Shown: positions 21,791 through 35,807 of the stretch, piece by piece
How positions within the stretch are numbered: position 1 is the stretch's first letter
Layout of the letters: every line of letters starts with the position of its first letter
NCBI GenBank assembly: GCA_976226885.1
Contig: OZ320315.1
Location: 68,324,001-68,388,000 of the forward strand
Source: Iphione sp. A-MEVVRFRX5
Taxonomy: Eukaryota
Direction of reading: 5' to 3'
Length of the DNA: 64,000 nt
Notes under the pieces: model-generated
Told to the model about the DNA's origin: nothing
The model's database searches: none
What the model saw: the letters and a program-made list of their open reading frames with translations, nothing else
Made by a program: the position numbers and the translations under genes

Positions 21791-24382
21791 TTTTATTTTG
21801 ACTAAAAAAACAATTGTACTATAAAAAAAACTCAATGCATGGCTTTAGTTTTGGAGACATTTGGAATACTACGAATGTCCTCACATATCGACAATTATGG
21901 TGGATAGGTCGAATTAGTAGAATAACCAGCGAATCAATATGAGAAAACACATTACGTTTACCCATTTCCCTTTTATCGACGGTAATAATGCTTGTTTTGT
22001 CGACGTCACAAATCCATTTGGTACGTAAACAACTTTCAGAAATTAGCTCCGTATTTTATCTGAAAAGCACGCACACATAACAGGGGCTGGCGGCAGAGTC
22101 TGCTGAACCGCTAGCTCGCCGTCCGCTACCAGTCGAGACGGCCTGTCTACCTCCTGTCCACCCACCCACCAAGTAGGCAGGTAACTCCATTGTAGGAGGT
22201 GCGGCGGGGAGTTACTGGAGGTCCGACAGCCGTCTTAATATGCTGCTGCACGGTGCCGATCAAGGCCCGTTAGCCGGGGCTGTTCGGCAGTGGCTGTCGC
22301 TGGCCGCAGGGCTACCGTTAATCACTGGGCCGCCGTCCACAACTCCAGATCAGTTTTTCACCCGCAGGTCCCCGTCGAGAGCCTCGGAGACCCACTAGGT
22401 GGGAGGGTGCACCGCCGCCCGGAGGGAGCGCCGGGCGGGGGTGTGCGCGGGGCCTTGCAATAGGTTTAGATTGACCTATTCACTTGGTCACCTTGTTGCC
22501 TAGAAGAGAAATTCCCAAAACAAATGACGACCCGGCCCGGCAGGCTGCTGGCTGCTAATTGACTCCAACCAGACTTTTTGGATATTAAACGTGAAGAGAT
22601 ATGGACCTAGGATGCTTCCTTTTGAGGTCTTCTCAAATGTGATATGTCACTCGGAACAAACGAATTGGACTACTGTGGGACTATCCGCTTAAGACTGTTA
22701 CTGTCGAACTGTGTGTGCCGGGACCACGTCTTTAGTAACTAAATGCTTTAGCAACCGCCGCAATATGCCGCGCCGACTGAAGGTATTCACCGCTTCGTTT
22801 TGTTACGCTCCGCTCAGCCTTTGCAGAATCACACACGCCTAGAATACATCGTTGAATTCTAAAGCGACTTCGAAACCAGGTAGGGAGGAAGTAGAAGACC
22901 AAAAGGTTCCTGCCTCCTGGTTTTTTTTCAGGCTAAATTACACAGGATAATATCCCACTTGATCCAATGTGTTATGTTATTGATTACATAACAATGCATG
23001 AATATAAAATATGCAATGATGTATGCAGCAGAGGCATTTTCATGGGTTGCTGAAATGTATGGCTTAAATGAATTAATGTTCAACATAAATGGGTGTGATT
23101 AATGCTGTAAGTGATTATATTTAAAAGAATAGATTGATAATTTCCATGCATATATACATGCCACTTGGACGAGGTGTTCCCACGTATGACATTTGCCTAG
23201 TAATTTTCGTGAGCATTACGTACAATTCACTTAAGAGAGAATCCATCAACATATCTCTTTTTTAAAATAAAGCCTCTAGGGGATTTGTAATAAATCTGAC
23301 GATATAACAAATGCTGGCATATTCGATTTTCGATTTGCTTTTCACAAGTTGTAGTATTCAATATGCACATACTTTCAGTAGCTGGATTTAATAAATCCTA
23401 ACGTATTCGTCGGTGAACGAACAATGAGTTGTTCCACTTACATGGAATCCCCCAGCCGCTTTATACAGAGGCGCGAGACTGTCAGCAACCATATTATTAC
23501 ATGTACATGAACACAATCAGATCTAACCAGCCCAACTCTTACAAAGGTATAATTCAGGCCAGTTCCAATAGTTCGGATTTACGATAAGATATGTGTTTAT
23601 TCACGTTTCGCACTTAAAGAAGGCTGAGCAAAGAGATTTTCCAGTAAACAAAAAGAAACGGAGGGACAAGGTACACATATTACAGTGAGACAAAAATGAA
23701 CCAGTAGAAGATTACCTCTTTCCTCGAGTAAGGATACCTTAAGGTTATTCATAAGGAAAAAGTAGATTGCCTTGTTTAAGACTACCTACCAGCACAATTT
23801 TTAACATTCTGTCAAACTCGATATGAAGTTGATCTAACAGCTAAATAACCTCAAGATATTAACACTGTCCTTAAACAGGGTTTGGGTTGCCACATTAGAC
23901 AGACAATAACCTCTCTGTCTTACTTGTTTTCTAATCTTCACTAGAAATTGCTTCAAGCTGAGCTTGTCATCGATCGTGTAGCTTAGGAATTCACACACCT
24001 CGTTTTTCCAATCCTAGTTACCACTGGTTATAGCTCAAATTTGAAGAGTCTAGGCCAACCGAATGACCTGTAGCATGTTTTCTCTTCATTCGTTTTTAGA
24101 CCAGTTGTACCGTACAATGCTAGCATATCGAGTAGACCTCTTTGTAGCTGCAGCCTAAGAGCTAAGGCATTTGAGACGTTGCAGTAGATTGTCAGATCGT
24201 CCGCATACAGTAACGACTGGGTCGCTACCAAGGGTTCCGGTAGGGTGTGATGACAACTGCAATGATGACAGGGCCCTGCCTGACCTTAAGCTGGTTTGAG
24301 TTGCATTGCACATATTGTAGCCTGTTTTCAAGAAAAGACTTTACTTTCCATATCATTGGATAGTCCATCGCAGCTTCCCTTA

Positions 24383-24722
24383 GGCCAAAAAAATAAGTGT
24401 GTTTCTGGTAACCCACCCCTACCTAGTAAAACCTTACCCTACCTAAAGATTTTTTGGCCATAAAGAGCTTCCAAGCCTGAATTTCCTTAGAAATATGTTT
24501 TCATGGCACATATTTTTGGTAAATTCAGTAGAAAAACAATAAAATCGAAGAAATTCACTGAAAAAACCTGTAAACCTCATACAGATTAGTCAAAATTCTT
24601 CATATTGTCTTTATGATTATTGAAAACCAGAGAAGAAAGTGGAAAAAAGTTTTAAAAAAAGATACCCCCTCCTTACCTAGGTTTTTGGCTGGTCATTAAC
24701 AGAAACACGCCTATTTTTTGCC
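24383..24722. mobile_element. PIF/Harbinger-like MITE, family A (full copy), inserted in the LINE
   Basis: Left TIR TTA|GGCCAAAAAAATAAGTGTGTTTCTG, right CAGAAACACGCCTATTTTTTGCC|TTT (the right TSD has one mismatch). The interior is homologous to 8430-8792. Confidence 0.85.
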
Positions 24723-25263
24723 TTTGTCTAGTCAATATGATGTCTTGATTTATAACGTCGAAGGTCCTCGTCAAATCAAAATATACTGTGACTACACGCT
24801 TTTTATCGTCAATGGGATTACCAATCCTTTCGTAAATCTGCTGTCGTGGTCGGCCCCCCCGCCCCCCACCAATCTACGGAACCCTAGTTGTTCATTACCA
24901 AAGTGATGTGAGGTACTCCAGGAATTCATTCAATTGCCGATGTGCTAGACGTTCAACCAATTTCCCTGTCATTCGTAGTATGTTAGTCGGTCTGTAGTTA
25001 TGTTTACCAGTGTGAGAACCTTTCCTCAGTAGTGGAGTCACAATAGACAATTGTCATTTATCCAGGGAAATAATCTCTCTTATGCTAGAGTTTATTAAGT
25101 TACATGGGGGGTTAAGAAAGATTGATAGGGCATCCCTTCGTACCACTCTTACGGTTTTTTCCGTACCACTTGTTTTTTCACCTCACGGCCGACTATTGCT
25201 TCCATCAGCACACAAATGATTATATCAGTTTATATACTATAGAAATCATCCCAGCATGCATAA

Positions 25264-25663
25264 TAAAGGGCATGTTTGAGAACATCAAATTTATACAGGT
25301 CCTACTGGTATTGTGCATGATTGTAGCGTCCTTGATATGCTGAATGCAGCTAAATGACCTCAAGATAATTACACTGTCCTTAAACATGAGTAGGGTTGCC
25401 ACATTAAACAGACAATGTTTATGCTAAAGGGCGTGTTTAAGAACATCAAATTTATACAGGTCCTACTGGTATTGTGCATGATTGTAGCATCCTTGATATG
25501 CTGAATGCAGCTAAATGACCTCAAGATAATTACACTGTCCTTAAACATGAGTAGGGTTGCCACATTAAACAGACAATGTTTATGCTAAAGGGCATGTTTA
25601 AGAACATCAAATTTATACAGGTCCTACTGGTATTGTGCATGATTGTAGCATCGTTGATATGCT
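25264..25663. repeat. Tandem repeat, about 2.5 x 161 bp, built from LINE sequence
   Basis: TAAAGGGC.. units at 25264, 25425 and 25586, nearly identical. Confidence 0.93.
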
Positions 25664-28600
25664 GGGTCAAACAGCAATTCTCTAACACTTGTTGTATCTT
25701 TGTAGGTTTGTTCATCTTTATTAAAGAATTGTGACCAGCTGACGCTTGCTCTGTAAGTTTGATAGACACTTGGAGATATGTTGCCAAAGCAACGTCCCTT
25801 TCCCTTATGGCGGACAATTCACGGAGCCAACTAAAATTTAAAATGGCTACAACGGTTCTACATAAGCATACAGGCTATGATTTCTGTGGTAGTTACCTTG
25901 GCAAGATCTGACTTCATCTTGTGATGTTTAGACAATTCACTTTGATCGACAAGTTCATACAATTGAGGGCGGACTGTATGAGAGGAAACCTTCATACAGT
26001 CCACTCATACATGCAACTCAAAATGTACCACAAGACATTGATTCTATGTGTGCTATATAATTGTAATATATATCAGATCCAAGCATCACTAGTTTCTATA
26101 TCAATGTGTAAACACGTAAAATGAAGTAAACTTAGCAGAAAGAACAATTATAATCATTTTGGACTATTTGGTACACTTTCGCGTTTCGCTCAGTTGATCC
26201 ACTAGATTCTCAGTTGATCCGCTAGATTCTCTGTGACTAAATAAGGTGGCGTTTAAAAATATGAATGTCAGCAAATTTTAGGATTGAACAGAGGAAGCAT
26301 TCATGAGAGCAACAGGTCGGCGTGTCCATTTGAGTGTAGAGTAATGGAAAACCTTATTCCCTCACATGAACTCTGCACTTCTTGGCCGGTTGTGTATGGC
26401 AGTATGGACAGTGAATCTGACGTGAAAAAGTACATGTAATTCCGGTGTTGAGACTGTAATTATATAAGCTGATTATTACTTTAGCATTGCTGATTGAGAT
26501 CAGGCATAAACTCAACTTACAAAAAGTAACTTAGCTTGGTGTAAGGCTAAGTTGAGCTCCGTTCAAAATGACTCACTTCCATTGAATTGTCTACTTGTAG
26601 TACAAATAAGGCGGACATTGCGTGTCGAACGAATACAAGAATTTTAGGGAGCACATTCGAGAAAAACTGCGTGTAGGACGTTTGCGAATAGGAAGGCAAT
26701 AGACTAACAAAATTATAAATATATGGTTACACACTGTACTTCACTAGCGCTGAAATTATGCGTTGAGGATATTGTTTGATCTTAAACGTATTGATTTCCA
26801 CTTGCCGTTATCCCCGCCTAATTTGAATGGTATATCGATGTTTCCTGATGTAACAAGTTTGTTAAGACAGCTTGAAGAACACTGATTTGTGTGTCGAGTC
26901 CTCGAAAACATTTACAATAGAATCAGCAAATGGTGTTGACATCAGGCGATAAGTATTCGACTTATACTTCGGTATGTTTCAGGTAAATCTCTAGATGAAA
27001 CATTGTGTGCTATGGAATCCAGTAAGCGGATACATGCTTTCGTGCCTTTTGTTTTATTCTGTGCTATTTGGAAACCCTCTTAAGTTTGTTTCGGTAGAGG
27101 TTGCATGACCTGCGGACACTGGCTATGCCTGTCTTTGCCAAAAGTGCAACATGAAATGCTAAGAAAGTATGGCTGCCAGGCAGAGCTTGTTTTGCCCAAC
27201 AGAAATAATATCGATTAGCTTTTATCTTTCGCACCAAAAAGAACACGTCCAAATTTATTCTATTAAGGATTTGAGGATAGTATTGATTTCACCAGTTAGA
27301 TGTGTAGAAGAAACCGGTTATAACAACAAAATGTGCTGAATATTCACTTACATGTACATGTACATGTCTATGGAGAACATAGGCAGCAACGGAACCTAAT
27401 GTTTGTATTGGCAAGAGTGACATCGATAGTTATAACTATACCGCCGCAAGATACAACCTTAAATATATCATACTTCATTGAGTAAAACTTCAATCTGGCA
27501 TTCAGTGTTTTTTTGCCTGAGTCGTCTGTAGAAGTCAGGTATCCCTAAAGCAATTGACCCTACCTTCTGTTGACAAAGTTAAACAATCTGCGCCGAACAC
27601 AATTCAATAAAGAAAACCTTTATGAAGATTTATGAAGGGCTAGCTGATCCAGAGCCCTTCTGAAGGAGAAGACGTTTTTCATGTTTCCAAGTTATAAGCA
27701 ATTAGCACCCGATTCAGCCCAATAAAGACAACCTTGATGTAGCTGGAAGGGCTAGCTGATCGACAACACGCCGCGTGCTTTGGTTGCACCGCTTCCCCTA
27801 CCACCTGTAAGTGTGTAGCAGCTAGTGTTAGCACATACTGGGCACACATGTTTGTACTCGGCTTGAGGCCAATAATTCCAATATACATATTCTGCTTGAG
27901 AGTATGGTGCAGGACTCCAACGAACTCTTAGAAAAATAGCTTATACTAATAAAGTTGTATGTGCGGCCGAGCTACCTGGAGCCACTGCTGAAGGATTCAA
28001 ATGTTCATTGGATACAGGATTAAACGGGCCTCTCCCCGGGCGATGAAAGAGTAGCGGGGGAAACTGAACCGTGCCGCTCTTTGGTCGAGACTTGATATGA
28101 AGGGAGATCTTGTTAGGTTTATGCTGATTAAACCTAACGCAGAAAGATGGCATCCCATTACAGCTCTGTTGAAAGCATAGGTGTCATAGTGCTATACTAA
28201 GTTCATACAGAAAGGTGTTCCCTGCTTCCTGAGCTTAAGAACCCTACCGATCATGTTCTCATACCTTTCTCAGCTGAACCAGAAGTGCTATGTACAAGTG
28301 AAACAAAAGGAACTACTTCTAAATGCAGTGCTCTCTCAGCAGATTGGCTAATTGTCTTATCAGATAACAAGATAATCTAAAATTGCAGTGGGTGAGATTC
28401 ATAGAGGATTCTGGACAACTCACACCATAAACCACTCTGAAATTGAAATTTCGCCATGGGAGATTCATCCCTTAATTACCGCCCCCCCTTCCCGAACACC
28501 TGGTGAAACCCTTACAGCGGTCCTGTTTGTGTATGGGTTTACTCTCAAGGTTTACCGCGTGGGTTATGGTGCAAATCGGCCATGACACGAGTTGGTCCCT

Positions 28601-31119
28601 CTCTCTAATACAGCAGTCGTTGTCTAAAATGTGTATCCCTTTGCGAGATGTGTATCCCTTTGAATGTACTTCTGATATGCATGTGTGACAATTGAACCTT
28701 GTTGTCGTAATACAATTGTTCTTCGGCATAATTTTCTCTATGGTGAACAAAGGATATCCGTGTGACTGGTCTACTTTGCTTAGAGAGCTATGGTTGAGAG
28801 TACCATCTTCTTTCATTAGTCAGGCTATACGTTACTTTCCCCGCTTAAAACCGCCGATGCCTTCTGCATCCCCCCATGACAAGATGATGTATAAAAGATG
28901 CATGGTAACTGCATGACCTGAGCGAGCAGTACTTGAAGGGTATGGCTATCAGTCACGTGCGCCGGGTGGGGTGGTGCTCTGATCCATACCTTCGCTGAGC
29001 TCACAGTATATCAACACAGTACTTTTGCTAGGCGACTCCCGCATTTGTAGGTGCCGGTTCGTCGATGAACTCCGTGGAGCCCTGAGCTCAGCCCATGGTG
29101 ATTGCAGCTACTATGAATGGCAAGTGTGGCCTCTTAATTAACGATAACATGCTGACGGTTCGATGCAACGTTAGCTCAATCGCCTCTTTATTCCCATTGA
29201 CTTCATCATGTCCTGACTGGATATAATCACCCAGGGGAGCGGAGACCATGTCGGACAAGGAAGTACGTTCTCAAACTCTGCAGTGTAAGTGGTAGGTACA
29301 TTCGCCGGATTGTCCTATGAAGTTCAATTGGCTATTGAGCAGGACCAGTTACCGCTGACAAAAGTGTTACAAAGTCCACGTGCTCTATATTACTGCTACA
29401 TTGAAGTGCAGCGAAAGAAAACAAGGGGAAATTGGGCGATATAAAAGCAGTCCTATATAGGGGAGTAGCTGTCGGGAGGTGTCCGCGTCTAAAACCTCCT
29501 GTTTCTGTGGTCTATATGCTTCTTTGTTGTTAATTGACGACAATCAGACTTAAAAGAATGCCCCATATCTGCTTAGTTGTTAACTGACGACAATAAGGCT
29601 TAAAACAGAGACCGGTACATGTTTCCTATGAGTGACGTCATGCAGGTTTTTGATAAACTGCTTTACATAATTACAATTACCACGCATGCTTCCAATTAAG
29701 AAAATGCTTTCCGGAGGGGGACTGGATGATGAGTCTAAAGTAACGCGTACACTAGCAGACAAAGGTTAGACATTTTTAGCAGTCTAACATTGGTTCACTC
29801 TTAATTTATAATTGAATGTGCACTTCTGGTCTATAAGCCCGTGGAATTATTGTTTGAATAGCAAGGTTGATCCTTCAGGACCTTGCTACGCAGAAAAGGA
29901 GTGTATTATTTCGTCATTTCTGACCTCTGAGGCACATGGTTAATAAACCATCAATATTGCTACAGGAAATGATTTCTTATTGAAGCTGCCCGAGGTGTGT
30001 GTATGTGGTGCTCTGCTTTCCAAGCAATAGCAGTTGGTATTGAAATAATTGGTGGTTAAGATTAGACGGGGATCAGGTAGGAGTTTTCGTGCCAATGCCT
30101 CAACTTCTGACGAGTGTTATATCCAAAGTAATCAATACTGTCTGCATGGTTGTTGTGTACTCAGGGTTCGCTGGCCAAAGCAAGAAACATGCACAGACTG
30201 GAAGTGATGGCGTTATCCAATGTATGTGTGCAGGATGCTAATGACGTAGTTATTATTCCCATCAGCATCCACTTCGTCGGGGTCGGTAAGAGTCGATAAT
30301 TGCCAGCTGTAAGGGAGGTTTCCGTACCTTTCGACAAAGGCTCTGCCCATGGTGACTGGACTGGCATGTAAACACTTGTATGCTGACAATGCGAAGCATG
30401 GGGAAGCAATGCTTACCAGCCTCTTCCACCATCTTAAATTTGTAGGATCTTCCGGTACCTTATAGAATTCTTATGGATGACCTAGTTAGTGGCTACCATT
30501 TACTTTTGCCCATCAGAAATGGCACACTTGTATGCCTGATGTTTAGTATCACCCTATATTCAAGTACGTAGGTCATAAAAAAAGGGAAAAACTATGAAAA
30601 GTACAAATAGTTTTAGCAAGGATTCACCCGTAGCTTTCCCTTGACAAGGTGCATGGTGATTCCTATAATTAAAAGGGTTCTACTGCATGGTCTAGCTGAA
30701 CCAGACTGTGTGTGAGAGTTACAACACTATAAGGTCCTTTTCATTATAGATAATCCGCCGCCCCACCCCCAAATATTTATTCCTGTTTCCAGTAACATGC
30801 TGGGAAAAAGAAGGGTTAGTAGGTAGGTGGCTCCTTTTTAATTTTGCTTTTTTTCAGTCCCAATGGATCCAGAATATGTATTCCCAAGCTTCGTGATATC
30901 CCTTGTACTGCTTGGATCCTAATAATACTTTTATCTTTTGAACGCTAATGATGTAAGGAACAGAATGGTATATAATACGAGTCTTTATCTTTAGCATTTC
31001 TAATTCTGAAAATATTCACAAAACAAGAAAAAGTAACATGTTCCGTCAGGACCAAAATCAGTGTCAGTCGGCTTAACAAAGATAATCTGTTAGTGGGCCT
31101 TATCAAATTTTCAGCATAA

Positions 31120-31490
31120 GCACACCTACGCATGAGTAGGATAGTAGCTGTGTCCTTTGAATCAGGTACATTTACTCACTTTTACTCACTTTCATCTTCA
31201 TGACCACACTTTCTACATGTGTCCTTTTCAGCACTTTGTCCCATCATTTTTTGCCGTTGTTTGTGGCTTTTAGCATCATTTCTGTCCGTTTTCATAAGTT
31301 TTCCTGTCCTTTTTCCTGTTTTTCATGGCTTTCAGCTTCATGTTTGTCCTCTTTCATCATTTTTCCTGTCATTTTTGCCATTTTGACTGATTTTAACATC
31401 ATTTCTGTCCTTTCTCATAATATTTCCCATAATTTTCGCTGGCTTTTTTTCATGCAACCTCATGCAACCTCAATGGACACCCCTACAGGT
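31120..31490. mobile_element. Internal fragment of MITE family B (TIRs not found)
   Basis: CTTTGAATCAGG(T/C)ACATTT, the CATCATTTTT-rich body and the TCATGCA(A/G)CCT end are shared with 13910-14170. CATGAGTAGGATAG is shared, inverted, with about 61620-61635. Confidence 0.6.
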
Positions 31491-34400
31491 GCGTGAGGTT
31501 GCATGAGGAAAACTGCATGGTTATGTACATGTACATGACACGCACACGCATAGTTACGTGTGTCTCTGTCTTGCAGTTATGGGTGTTTCAATGTTTTAAT
31601 GAGTTAATGAATCTAAGCACACACTCATCATTGGTTATGTTTAGTAGCACTCGTTTGCTCAGAAGCACATTCTTGGTTAATTTGCATAAGCGTGAAATGG
31701 ATTCGCCACAGATAATTTGCTCCGATGTGATTGGATTTAATCACCTGTGAAAGGAAATTGTGTTATACTAACAGCAAATGAATAAGCAAATTCCACCCCG
31801 TACTTCACTTGACTGGATTGACGTTTCATTCACCCTGGCTTAGTTTAGTTGGAACCATTAATGATTCTACCTGGGTCAGCTTACCCGTCCCATCTGGCAA
31901 TGCGCCAGGCGTTGGACTGCCAGTAAATAACACCTCAGCGTTGCAGTTGCCATGCTTGCACCAAGGGCAAGTCTGTTGTCATGAGAGCCTGGGAAGCTTA
32001 AGACAGAAAACCGTGTCTAAACGTCCTCAAACTCCTCGTGCTAGGCTGTCAATGGGCCGAGACCTTGGGCAACATAACGAAACAATGTCCTATTAGTCCT
32101 TCAGGTGTGGGGCATTGTCCGTGTTTAAATGATGTTGCAATGTCGGGATATTTGCTCTCTTCAGCAAGCAAACAATGGTGTCCCAACACGGACCTAATTA
32201 TTGACATACATGGCCAGGAGTTACAGCTACAGACCACATTGTAAGTTGAATATATGTGGCTTTGAGAGCTTGTCGACGATGTTTTTAAGTCAACACGTAT
32301 TTGTCTGTACACGCAAGAATTGCCCCCAATCAAGCACTAGAGACCCTTGCGTTGAACTAGGGGAATATTTAGAGTTGGTTGATTTCACTCTGAGTACGTT
32401 GCAGTTTTGTCCTTACTGTTAATGTGGCCTTTGTCTGCTTTTCTCAGTGTATCTGGAATACTTTTGACACTTCACGGAGAGAAACCTACTACATATGTAC
32501 GTGTACATATTTGTATCTAGATTAGAGGTTTAGCTACAAGACAATATATGCACTTAGAATTTTTATAAACTACAAATTAAATTTTACGATGTACATGCTC
32601 CTGATAAAACGGATCGCTACAGTTATGTTGTCGCAAAATGATTCAATTCTACGTTTATAACTCTCATAACTTTCTAACGATACAAAAGTCTGGAAAAAGA
32701 CATTTTCATGTGGGACGAAACAAAGGGTATAAATAAATTAGGTTTCTGATACTTTTTTTAAGGTGGTTTGGATTATGAGTCAGCTAAAAGCCCAATGGCT
32801 TCCGGTTCATCCAATGGAGGGCGGCACTAAACAGTATAGAACGCGTTCATATTCTGCTTTCTGGACATGCAGCCTGATCACCATGAATTCTATTATTGAT
32901 AACACATTTAACGGTCATTACTGGTTAGTTGTCATCACTACACAGTATTATGGCGAGTTTGGTAACATACCCTGTCGCTGTACAGTGAGAGGCAAATGGC
33001 CCCCGAGGGAGAAACCCCACTCGCATTGCATTTCACACGAGAGTAAAGCAAGGGGGGATCCTGAGCGTACATAGATACCACCTCCTAGAAACGGCCATCA
33101 ACAGTACCGCACCTCCAGTATGTTTACCAGTCTCCCTCCAGAGAAAGATCGCCATGGTCTTAATGACCTGATAAACTAGGCTTTATTGATTTACATTATC
33201 CTTGACGTGTTCTGCTTGCGGTCGTGTATTTCACTAATGTAAGACCCCTCGTGTGACCTGAGAGACGAAGTCTGATCGTTTTATACCGATTTATAAGTTC
33301 TCTATGTTGGTGAGTATTGGAAACGAGCAGTTGATGACTGCGGTCAGTTTCTGTGGAGTTTCATAATTATGATGCACCATGTGCTCAGAGTTAAAACGTA
33401 CCCCTACATGGAAACGTACTCTAGGCAATGGACATGGAAAGAGCCTTGAGGGAAATGACTAGAGCAGGTAGTGTGCTAACCAGACGGGAATTGTTTAAAA
33501 TCATCTTTTCCTAGTTTGTATAACTTTGACATTTCCTGACATCTATAAACTATAAAGGTTCCCGCTTTCTTTACGCTGACAATGGTATTTTATATCCACG
33601 TATAAACTGCTCTAAAATGTTTAAGAATATTGTTACATGTATATATGTTCAAAGGACAAAGAATTTCTAATTCATACCAGTAAGTCTACCCTTTTCTCAT
33701 AAATATACATGTATTGGGTTTAATTGCAGAAAATGATAGGCGTTGTGTTTGGTAACAAAAAATACTACTTAACTACCATTTACTACAATGTTGACGAGAT
33801 ACAAACACTACAAGATATTGAGATTTTAGAGCATGAGTCTATTGGGCCTTAGATATACCTGTTAAGTCCCTCTTCCGCCTAGTGTAGGCTCTGTATAAAA
33901 CATGTCCGGCTTAGTATACCTTATCCAGGCATGTGGTAGTAGACGGTTCAAGCCAGTCTGGATTAACAGGATTATCCATTATCCTCGGGTTCATTCCTTC
34001 AAAAGGATCAAAGACTAAAAGAGTAATGTATTCTCCTACTCAAGAGAAAAAGGCTCGTAATTTTACTGTCCAGCGCTCTAAAAGTATCTTTCAAATATCA
34101 AAATGCATCAACACACCAAAAAATACGAGCAAGTTTTATCATACTGTACACTTCCCTATATTATTGAAAAATACAAATGCAAAATTGTTAGCCTGCTGAT
34201 TCTACTCACATTGTCCCTTAGTAACATCATCGTGTCTGCTATGTACTCCTGTAATTAATAGTTTCATCGCTAAAACTGTCTGATCATTTAAAATACTGTA
34301 ACGCAACAGCAACATAATTAATAACAATATTGTTGGTGGCCATCTACTTTCACATGCAGTAAAGTTCAACATGCACTTTTCGTGCTCGAACTGGAGAATG

Positions 34401-35705
34401 CGTTGTCTTGTCCATGTCTTACGGGAAGTTCTAATGATATTGTCAACTTTCCCCTTTAAGCCCTAGTTTTCCCATCCCTGGCATCCTTGCATCCTTGCGT
34501 TGAGGACAAAGAAAACAGATTTGAAAAAGACGAACACGGCTAGGATGTACCGTGACATGAAACGCCAAAAATCTTATATGAACATTAAGTTGTCAGCATG
34601 AAGTTCAGTGGCTTTTGAAAGAATGAACCATTGGGAGGCCCAGATTGTAAAGAGATAACTGACGCCGTCTTGAAGTTCAAAAAGTTTTATATCCAATGAT
34701 AGAACAACCAATTCGGCACAGCTAACATAGTTACACCAAAAGTGCCGTGTGTAGGACTACGCTCATGCCGAAAACACGGAGCGGTATCTCCTTCTCTTCC
34801 ATATAAAACGACAATGAAGCAGTAAATATCAATAGAAACAACTCAGTTTGAACACGTTGGTCACAAAACTGTGTCATTACGTGAATCAGCCACTACATGT
34901 TAATTGAGTATCCCGCTATTAAACTGTGACTGTACATGCAATATTTAAAATTAAAAACATAGATACGGGCATGTTTCTTAATGTCCATCAAAATAGGTGT
35001 TTGGTACCTGGTGCATTCTGAAGACAACCATTTCTATACTTTATGTCGCTACGCGGAGAAGGAAAGGTGAACTGATTACTGAACATGAGCCATTCAGACA
35101 TATGTGTGTGGATGGATTTCTTAGTTGGCAGAGGCCTAAGGCCGTCCCATTACGAATGCACTCAACAAAGGGTACGTAGGAGGATTTATTAAAATCACCT
35201 GATGATTGGCTATAGGTGGGGGAACTCCACTGTGTTCGAACTGTAGATCGGCCAAAGCCTTTGCTATATTGCATTTGCATGTTTAAACCAGGTCAGATCG
35301 TTTATACTACTCCGAATCAAAATGACGGGGAACATTGTGTCAAGCGGAAGGTGAATTAACATTGTGTAAGGTGAGACTAATATAGTATAATGCAACCTCT
35401 TCCCACATGTTCGCAGAATTTCTTCAAATTGAATTCCTCCAGGACTCTCTTCCAAGCCAATATATTCATCAAACGAACTTTCCTTTTTCAGTTAGATTCC
35501 ACTCCTGGGGAAAAGTTGCCGATCTTCTTTTTATAAAATAAAAATGCAAATGCTATTTGCAAGGCCTTGTCCGTATCACTCGACTTTAAAGAGGTCGCTT
35601 TCTTACACGCTGCAGGTCGGTCTTCGTCTGAGAGGATGTAGGTCGCTAGGCTGTCTCATACAGAACCCACTGTTGACGGTGGCCTAAGTACGTCACGGGA
35701 GCAAG

Positions 35706-35807
35706 ATGACGTCACTGACGGCGCAGGATGCAGAGGGCGCTACGCCCCTCATGCTGGCCTGCAAGGACCAAGATGTGGCCAAGGTGGACCAGCTGCTCAG
35801 CAAAAAC
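35706..35807 (+). CDS. First coding exon MTSLTAQDAEGATPLMLACKDQDVAKVDQLLSKN (ankyrin repeat 1); the exon with its UTR starts at acceptor 35616
   Basis: In-frame TAA upstream of the ATG; donor GTACGT; phase 0. Confidence 0.85.

Larger units (their letters stand above)
23780..25820 (-). mobile_element. Decayed, internally deleted CR1/L2-type LINE (related to 10630-13280), interrupted by a MITE and a tandem array
   Basis: Endonuclease LTQHINDAT..SRTCINLMF (about 25600-25690). RT IVTPLLRKG..NYRPTNIL..GK..ERL (about 24950-25070), SFLENRLQYVQCN and LLYADDLTIY (24140-24340), RGYCLSNVATQTLFKD (about 23860-23920). The last matches RGYYLNKMAWRLPFQD of the + strand copy. Confidence 0.8.

Noticed and set aside
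22575-23450. Further - strand LINE RT traces (PQKGSILGPYLF, CEKQIENRICQHL) and a + strand trace near 33030-33070 (RVKQGGILS)
   Set aside because: Too short and broken to delimit as features; probably real but very old LINE debris.
28112-28138. Perfect 10-bp hairpin GTTAGGTTTA/TAAACCTAAC
   Set aside because: AT-rich, with no CTRR terminus or U-tract context; isolated hairpins of this size occur by chance or in decayed repeats.
28400-33200. Several GC-richer, protein-like patches (e.g. 28900-29200, 30160-30410, 31850-32330)
   Set aside because: All frames are interrupted by stops, with no recognisable motif or consistent exon chain; a translated search is needed before any claim.
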